Part shown: positions 26,762 to 32,000 of the stretch, one piece after another
Numbering within the stretch: position 1 is the stretch's first letter
Layout of the letters: every line of letters begins with the position of its first letter
Origin: Acaryochloris marina MBIC11017
GTDB lineage: Bacteria > Cyanobacteriota > Cyanobacteriia > Thermosynechococcales > Thermosynechococcaceae
Assembly: GCF_000018105.1 (NCBI RefSeq)
Contig: NC_009925.1
Coordinates: 5,280,001-5,312,000, forward strand
DNA: 32,000 bases
Direction: 5' to 3'
Made by a program: the position numbers and the translations under genes
Notes under the pieces: generated by a model
Told to the model about the DNA's origin: nothing
Databases searched by the model: none
Seen by the model: only the letters and a program-made list of their open reading frames with translations

Positions 26762-27217
26762 GTGTCCCCTGTCTCCATTCAACAAAGCGATCCAACCCAT
26801 CCATCAGCCCTTCGCCTGATTTAGCAACTGGACGCTTACTTGAACCGGATCTATCCACCGGAAAGTAATTACCTCATGTCTGCAGAAGCCCTCAGGCAGC
26901 CCCATATCCAGTTTCTCACCGTGCAGAAAGGCGAAACGGTGGTTGGTTGTGGAGCCTTGGTGAATCATGGCGATTATGGAGAAATCAAACGCTTCTTTAT
27001 CCAACCTGAATTTCGAGGAATGCAGCTCGGCGTTCAACTGCTTCATGCTCTGGAAACACGAGCTACTGCGCTGCACTTACCCTGCCTCCGCTTAGAAAGC
27101 GGAATATTTCAGCCTGAGGCGCTGGGGCTATTTACCAAATTGGGCTATCACCAACGAGAACCTTTCGGCCAGTATCAGGCAAATCCCTACAGTGTGTTTA
27201 TGGAGAAGTCTTTGTAG
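26762..27217 (+). pseudogene. GNAT acetyltransferase interrupted by an in-frame TAG at 26822-26824
   Basis: Hand translation from GTG 26762 gives VSPVSIQQSDPTHPSALRLI*QLDAYLNRIYPPESNYLMSAEAL...VGCGALV...RGMQLGVQLLHALE. The 20 codons before the stop are in frame and look like the normal N-terminus of this small GNAT family. The track ORF (26840..27217) starts at an internal TTG. Confidence 0.6.
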
Positions 27218-27897
27218 CGGTTCCATCTCCCTTCATGATCCCAAAGATTTTCTATCGAAAACCCCAGTAAGGTCCATTTTGGTTGTTTTTGTATCAAACG
27301 CTACAGTGGTTAACACCTTTTAACGTAAATACTGTATTACTCGTGACAGTGGACCTAATCTATTAACTTATTGAGAGTTATAGGTGATGGGGCTAGATCG
27401 AAACCAATTGATATAATGCCGACCCGCTATCAGCACTAAGGGCATAGAAGGCTATCATTACAGCTCATATTTCTAGATGAGTCGTGGTTTCTGCGCGGGT
27501 TAAACACTTATTACGGAGAGGGGGAAGACGAATTTTTTACTTTAAAAAGTTCCTGGCTACTCACTCCCACCGATCCTTTTAGATGAGTGAAGCCTTAATC
27601 TTTATTAAATTCTGAACTTGTTCCTTATTTAATAATGAATTGAAATTACAGATTGTCGCGAATTACACATTGAGGAATAAAAAAGTTTAGTGTACGGAAT
27701 TCATGACAAACTCGATCGTTATAATTAGTCAAAGTGACTGATATAAAGTAATAATCAAAAAGCAGCCTTTGTTAGAATCTACTTTCCTTACTCTAAAGCG
27801 AAATAGTTATTTCTTACTACTGATTGAGCATTAAAACAAGGATTAAGTTCAAGGCTCATCATCCTACTAAACAACACTATGAGGGGGAACAAGTCAT

Positions 27898-28632
27898 ATG
27901 GATCATCAACCGAGCGAAAGTTCCGCCTCAAGCGAGCTCTTGATGTCACCCCAACAGTCTTTTCTAGAATTTTCTCCGTCTAAACAAATGCAAGAAATCC
28001 TTCAGCAATATGAACGGATGCTGGAGCAACAACAAAGCCAAATCGAATATTTGAATTTTGAATTGCAATTATTGCAATCTGAAAGACCTTTGCCTTTTAA
28101 AGGCAATCAGATTTGGTTGAAATTCAAGAAATTCATATCAAGTATCCACGGTAGTTCAAAGGTTCAACCACGTTTTTCTCTAAGCCAAATTCTGTTTACG
28201 TATATCGGGAGTTTCTTGGGAATTGCAGCGTTGGCCTATCTAAGTACGGTATCCGACTACCCTCTGATTGCGGCTCCCTTTGGTGCCGCTGCAGTGCTCG
28301 TATTTGCGGTGCCGAATAGCCCCCTAGCTCAACCCCGAAATTTAATTTTTGGCAATTTATTAGGGGCAATTGTCAGTGTGGTGATGGTTTATCTGTTTGG
28401 TTCTGAACCCTGGGTAATGGCGTTATCCGTTGCGACAGCCATTAAAGTGATGCAGCTAACCAAAACCCTCCACCCTCCTGGAGGCGCTGTGGCTCTAGTG
28501 GGGGTCATGAGTCAAGCAACCTGGAATTTTGTACTCACACCTGTTGTCGCCGGATCAATTGTTTTACTCTTCTGCACGTTTGCGTTTAATAATCTAATGC
28601 CAGAACGGTCTTATCCTCGTCACTGGTTATAA
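27898..28632 (+). CDS. HPP-family membrane protein with ~95-aa hydrophilic coiled-coil-like N-terminal extension
   Basis: The motif LHPPGGAVALVG plus four hydrophobic segments are characteristic of the HPP family. The SD GAGGGGGA precedes the ATG. The N-terminus QEILQQYERMLEQQQSQIEYLNFELQLLQSE is not membrane-embedded. Confidence 0.75.
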   Translation: MDHQPSESSASSELLMSPQQSFLEFSPSKQMQEILQQYERMLEQQQSQIEYLNFELQLLQSERPLPFKGNQIWLKFKKFISSIHGSSKVQPRFSLSQILFTYIGSFLGIAALAYLSTVSDYPLIAAPFGAAAVLVFAVPNSPLAQPRNLIFGNLLGAIVSVVMVYLFGSEPWVMALSVATAIKVMQLTKTLHPPGGAVALVGVMSQATWNFVLTPVVAGSIVLLFCTFAFNNLMPERSYPRHWL

Positions 28633-28676
28633 AGCCTTTAGTGTTGAACATTATTTAGATCTCGGATAGGTATCGA

Positions 28677-29096
28677 TTGGCACATCAATTAAGAAGAATA
28701 AGAAAAAGGGTTCGTGTTGATATTTTAGGGGTAGTGGTTACCAACGCTATTATTATGGCAACCCCTTCCTCCAATATAGAATTTGTTAAAAATATTACTC
28801 TGACCTTTGCGAATATCGTCATGTTTATCCTGATTTGGGATGCTTATTTTGACGATAAATTATCGAGAAAAAGCCCCTGGGGAATTATCAAAGATCTATT
28901 GACCGTCACAGCAGTCAGCACTATCACTACTTTTATTACCTATCAAATTCTGATCAAAAAGATCACTCCCTTAATTATTACCTGGGGGGATCTAGGATGG
29001 ATCGTAGGAGGAGGGGTTTCTGGTATTGCCACAACCATTTTGGGAGTAATATGGGCATTATACTGTGACGATCTTTATCGCAATTCTACTGCTTGA
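28677..29096 (+). CDS. Hypothetical small membrane protein
   Basis: 139-aa ORF with a TTG start and basic N-terminus (RRIRKRVR), then about 3 hydrophobic segments. A sampled line (28741-28800) has 20/60 G+C. I recognise no family. Confidence 0.4.
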   Translation: MAHQLRRIRKRVRVDILGVVVTNAIIMATPSSNIEFVKNITLTFANIVMFILIWDAYFDDKLSRKSPWGIIKDLLTVTAVSTITTFITYQILIKKITPLIITWGDLGWIVGGGVSGIATTILGVIWALYCDDLYRNSTA

Positions 29097-29413
29097 AGAG
29101 ATAAAAAATCTCTAATAAATATATAGAAGAAACAGCCATCTTGCTGATTATTTCCTTTAACCTTGATTGGTTCACAAACAGACTGAATTCAGATTAAACC
29201 TCTAGATATTGGGTTCCCCAATGGAGATCAGCATAGTCAAAAGATGAGGATAGGCAGTGCTGAACCTCATCTACTTGCGGTCTCTTCACGCCCAGCATGG
29301 CATGAATTCTCTATACTTCTATAATGCAACCCCACATAATTGCCATCCAAACAAGGTGATCTTTTCATCTTGTCCGGCCCTGGGGAAAACCATTATCCTG
29401 ATTCTCGTCCTGC

Positions 29414-30337
29414 ATGCTTCCATCTTTTTTACCCCCCGGCGTTGCTCACCTGACTGAAGACACCTCCATTGCGCTGGCACAACAGATCCAGCAAGCAGCC
29501 ATTACCACCCCCCTTCTTCCTGACCCGATCCTGACCACCTATGTGCAGCAAGGAGAAGGAGAGACTCCTCTCGTGCTGCTGAATGGTTTCGATAGCTCCC
29601 TCTTAGAGTTTCGACGACTGATTCCCAAACTGGCACCCCACACGGAAGCTTGGGCCTTGGATTTGCTGGGGTTTGGCTTTACGGAGCGACCCGAGGGGGT
29701 TGAGTTTAGCCCCACGGACATGAAGACTCACCTCTATAGCTTTTGGCAACAGATGATTCAACGGCCCATGATCATTGCCGGGGCGTCGATGGGCGGGGCA
29801 ACGGCCCTAGATTTTGCCCTTACCTATCCCGATGCTGTGGAAAAGCTGGTGCTGTTGGATAGTTCCGGCTATGCTCCCTCTCCCAAAGCCACCAAATTCA
29901 TCATGCCGCCCTTTGATCGCTGGCTGACCAATTTTTTGCGTAGTCCTCGGGTCCGACGTTGGGTCAGTGTGCAAGCCTATTGCGATCGCAGCTTCGTTAC
30001 CCCCGATGCTGAATGCTGTGCATCTTTACATCTAGAGGATCCAAGTTGGCACCGCGCCTTGGTTGGCTTTACCAAAAGTGGTGGCTACAACTTCCTCTAT
30101 GACACCATCAAAGACATCCCCCATCCCACCCTGATCCTCTGGGGTAAAGCGGACAAAATTATGGGGGTCAAAGATGCTGACAAGTTTGATCAAACCATTG
30201 CCAACAGTCAGCTGATTTGGATTCCAGACTGCGGTCACGTCCCCCATTTAGAACAATCTCAACTTACCGCTGACTATATTTTGGAGTTCTTGGTAACGCC
30301 TGCAAATACCCCAATATATGCAGAGAACGGAATTTGA
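29414..30337 (+). CDS. Alpha/beta hydrolase
   Basis: 307-aa ORF with LLNGFDSS (oxyanion region), nucleophile elbow GASMGG, LILWGKADKI and the DCGHVPHLEQ histidine region. Confidence 0.85.
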   Translation: MLPSFLPPGVAHLTEDTSIALAQQIQQAAITTPLLPDPILTTYVQQGEGETPLVLLNGFDSSLLEFRRLIPKLAPHTEAWALDLLGFGFTERPEGVEFSPTDMKTHLYSFWQQMIQRPMIIAGASMGGATALDFALTYPDAVEKLVLLDSSGYAPSPKATKFIMPPFDRWLTNFLRSPRVRRWVSVQAYCDRSFVTPDAECCASLHLEDPSWHRALVGFTKSGGYNFLYDTIKDIPHPTLILWGKADKIMGVKDADKFDQTIANSQLIWIPDCGHVPHLEQSQLTADYILEFLVTPANTPIYAENGI

Positions 30338-30358
30338 GGGCCCATAGAGCACGAGCAG

Positions 30359-30595
30359 CTAGCTTGAGATCAGCTGTGATGATTGTCTTTGTTCTAGCCC
30401 TTGCTGCTGTCTTCTTTTCTCAAAATAGATGTTGACTGGATTCTGTTTATTCTCAGTTTCCAATTGGGCACTCAATTGATCTAGGACAGCAATTTGCTCA
30501 TCAAATTGAGCACAAACCTCACGCATTCTGGCAACTGAACGCGCTCTCCTTTCAGGATCAGGAATTCTGGGTTGGTTGTTCATCATAGATTCCAA
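30359..30595 (-). CDS. Hypothetical small protein (helical, charged)
   Basis: 78-aa ORF with no motif I recognise. It lies 18 nt downstream of the preceding small ORF on the same strand. Confidence 0.35.
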   Translation of the reverse strand: MESMMNNQPRIPDPERRARSVARMREVCAQFDEQIAVLDQLSAQLETENKQNPVNIYFEKRRQQQGLEQRQSSQLISS

Positions 30596-30613
30596 TTTCT
30601 CTTGATTTCCTGA

Positions 30614-30949
30614 TTACTGGCCTCTCCTGCATCTGTAATAGCCTGAGCTTGAGATATTGATCGGAGAAGTAAATCTAGAAGTAGCTGCTGGTTGAGATTC
30701 AGCAATCTGAAGCGAGAGCCGATAAAGCTTAATGTAATAAGAAGTTGCCCGTTCTCTCACATTTTGAAGTTCATCTAGCTCTGGTATGGTCGCTTCTGTC
30801 TCTCCAAATTGGGTAAAGATTACAAATGAAAATTTTGTCGCCTCATTAATAATTTTTAGTAATCGCTGCTGCAAGTTGAAGATGATATTTAGTGTTTCTG
30901 CTGATAAATCGGCCATTGGTTCTATTAGGTGAGTTGAAGCCTCAGTCAA
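30614..30949 (-). CDS. Hypothetical small protein
   Basis: 111-aa ORF from a TTG. An alternative ATG at 30915 gives MADLSAETLNII.... No motif recognised. Confidence 0.35.
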   Translation of the reverse strand: MTEASTHLIEPMADLSAETLNIIFNLQQRLLKIINEATKFSFVIFTQFGETEATIPELDELQNVRERATSYYIKLYRLSLQIAESQPAATSRFTSPINISSSGYYRCRRGQ

Positions 30950-31019
30950 TCTTCCATGAGAAATAGATCTGTCAAAGTTTAGAACAATGGCAGGGGCTTC
31001 ACATCAAAGTGCTACATCC

Positions 31020-32000
31020 TTAATCCAACTGTTCTTCCCCAATATCGGCTAGGGCCAAAGGCGCATCTCCAGGGGTACGTAGGTTTTCCACGAGAGCCTG
31101 AATCTCAGGGGGTGGGGGTGGGGTTAACCGAGACACCACCAGGGTAACCACTAGGTTGATAAGCATGCCCAAGGTGCCGATCCCCTCTGCTGAAACCCCA
31201 AAGAACCAGGGAGACATACCGTAGAATTTCACACCTAAAATATAAACGGTGGTAAATAACAGGCCTGATACCATGCCTGCGATCGCACCTTCTCGATTGG
31301 TTCGTTTATCAAAAATCCCCAGCAAAATCACCGGAAAGAAGCTTGCCGCCGCCAAACCAAAAGCAAAGGCCACCACCTGAGCCACAAATCCTGGTGGATT
31401 GATTCCAAAATACCCGGCAATCAAAATGGCAAGCCCGACCATTATTCGGCCCACCATCACCCGCTCTCCTTCAGACGCATCTGGCTTGAGGAGCTTGTAA
31501 TAAACGTCATGGGCAATGGAGCTAGAAATCACGAGGAGCAAACCGGATGCCGTCGATAGAGCTGCCGCTAAGCCGCCCGCAGCCACCAACGCTACCACCC
31601 AAGGTGCAAGCTTGGCCACCTCTGGAGTGGACAGGACAATAATGTCGGGGCTAATTTTGACATCGCTCGTCTCTTCCGTAGGCGTCCATTCAATGGTGCC
31701 GTTCCCATTTTTATCTTCTAGGGTCAGCAACTTGGTCGTTTGCCATTTTTGTACCCAATCCAACTGTTGTACCTCTGCAATCGGCTGATTATGCAAGGTC
31801 CCAATCAGGTTATAGCGGGCAAAAGATGCGATCGCAGGGGCAGAGGTATATAGCAAAGCAATAAACAGCAAGGCCCAACCTGCAGAGTAACGAGCCGCCC
31901 GCACATTTGGCACCGTATAAAACCGGACAATCACATGGGGAAGCCCCGCCGTCCCCACCATCAAAGCAATGGTGATAAACAACACATCCAGCATGGATTT
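31020..32000 (-). CDS. actP: Cation/acetate symporter (sodium:solute symporter family), C-terminal part; 5' end lies beyond the window
   Basis: The frame stays open past the listed Met to position 32000. GTAGLPHVIVRFYTV is the ActP-type SSS motif. Multiple TM segments. Confidence 0.75.
   Translation of the reverse strand, partial: KSMLDVLFITIALMVGTAGLPHVIVRFYTVPNVRAARYSAGWALLFIALLYTSAPAIASFARYNLIGTLHNQPIAEVQQLDWVQKWQTTKLLTLEDKNGNGTIEWTPTEETSDVKISPDIIVLSTPEVAKLAPWVVALVAAGGLAAALSTASGLLLVISSSIAHDVYYKLLKPDASEGERVMVGRIMVGLAILIAGYFGINPPGFVAQVVAFAFGLAAASFFPVILLGIFDKRTNREGAIAGMVSGLLFTTVYILGVKFYGMSPWFFGVSAEGIGTLGMLINLVVTLVVSRLTPPPPPEIQALVENLRTPGDAPLALADIGEEQLD

Noticed and set aside
29257-29457. 66-aa ORF upstream of and overlapping the hydrolase start
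   Set aside because: It overlaps the better-supported alpha/beta hydrolase start region in another frame and has no features.
1-32000. Search for tRNA, rRNA, tmRNA and CRISPR arrays
   Set aside because: I saw no GGTTCGAATCC-type T-arm in any intergenic region. I also saw no regularly spaced 25-40 bp direct repeats and no rRNA-like conserved blocks. The only periodic DNA is coding (the pentapeptide and octapeptide repeats).

Overview
This looks like a chromosomal segment of a cyanobacterium. It is about 50% G+C, and I found 13 copies of the HIP1 octamer GCGATCGC by eye. No rRNA, tRNA or CRISPR array was seen.

Most of the window is ordinary core coding sequence:
- Two divergent DUF11-type surface proteins separated by a 1-kb AT-rich spacer.
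- A saccharopine-dehydrogenase-like oxidoreductase and dut.
- A minus-strand run of recG, a GNAT gene and an FHA-PAS-GAF-GGDEF-EAL protein.
- An MscS channel with a C-terminal DEP-like domain, and a pentapeptide-repeat protein.
- Two alpha/beta hydrolases, an MFS transporter, a PfkB kinase, a lipoprotein Cu/Zn SOD, an HPP-family membrane protein, and the 3' part of an ActP-like symporter.

Accessory or unusual content:
1. A ~2.3-kb islet of about 30% G+C (about 21870-24190) carries one gene, an AIPR-family abortive-infection-like protein. It lies between a core membrane-protein gene and the kinase gene and is bracketed by an 11-bp direct repeat. This is my best candidate for a poorly described defence module.
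2. A toxin-first HigB/HigA-like toxin-antitoxin pair with a near-consensus promoter that implies a leaderless mRNA.
3. An IS630-family element with TA target duplication and an A7 tract separating the two transposase reading frames.
4. A GNAT gene interrupted by an in-frame TAG.
5. A small secreted protein built from seven basic octapeptide repeats.
6. A lower-GC block (27.2-29.4 kb) with a 660-bp non-coding leader, the HPP gene and an orphan membrane ORF.

All family assignments come from motif recognition by eye, not from database searches.
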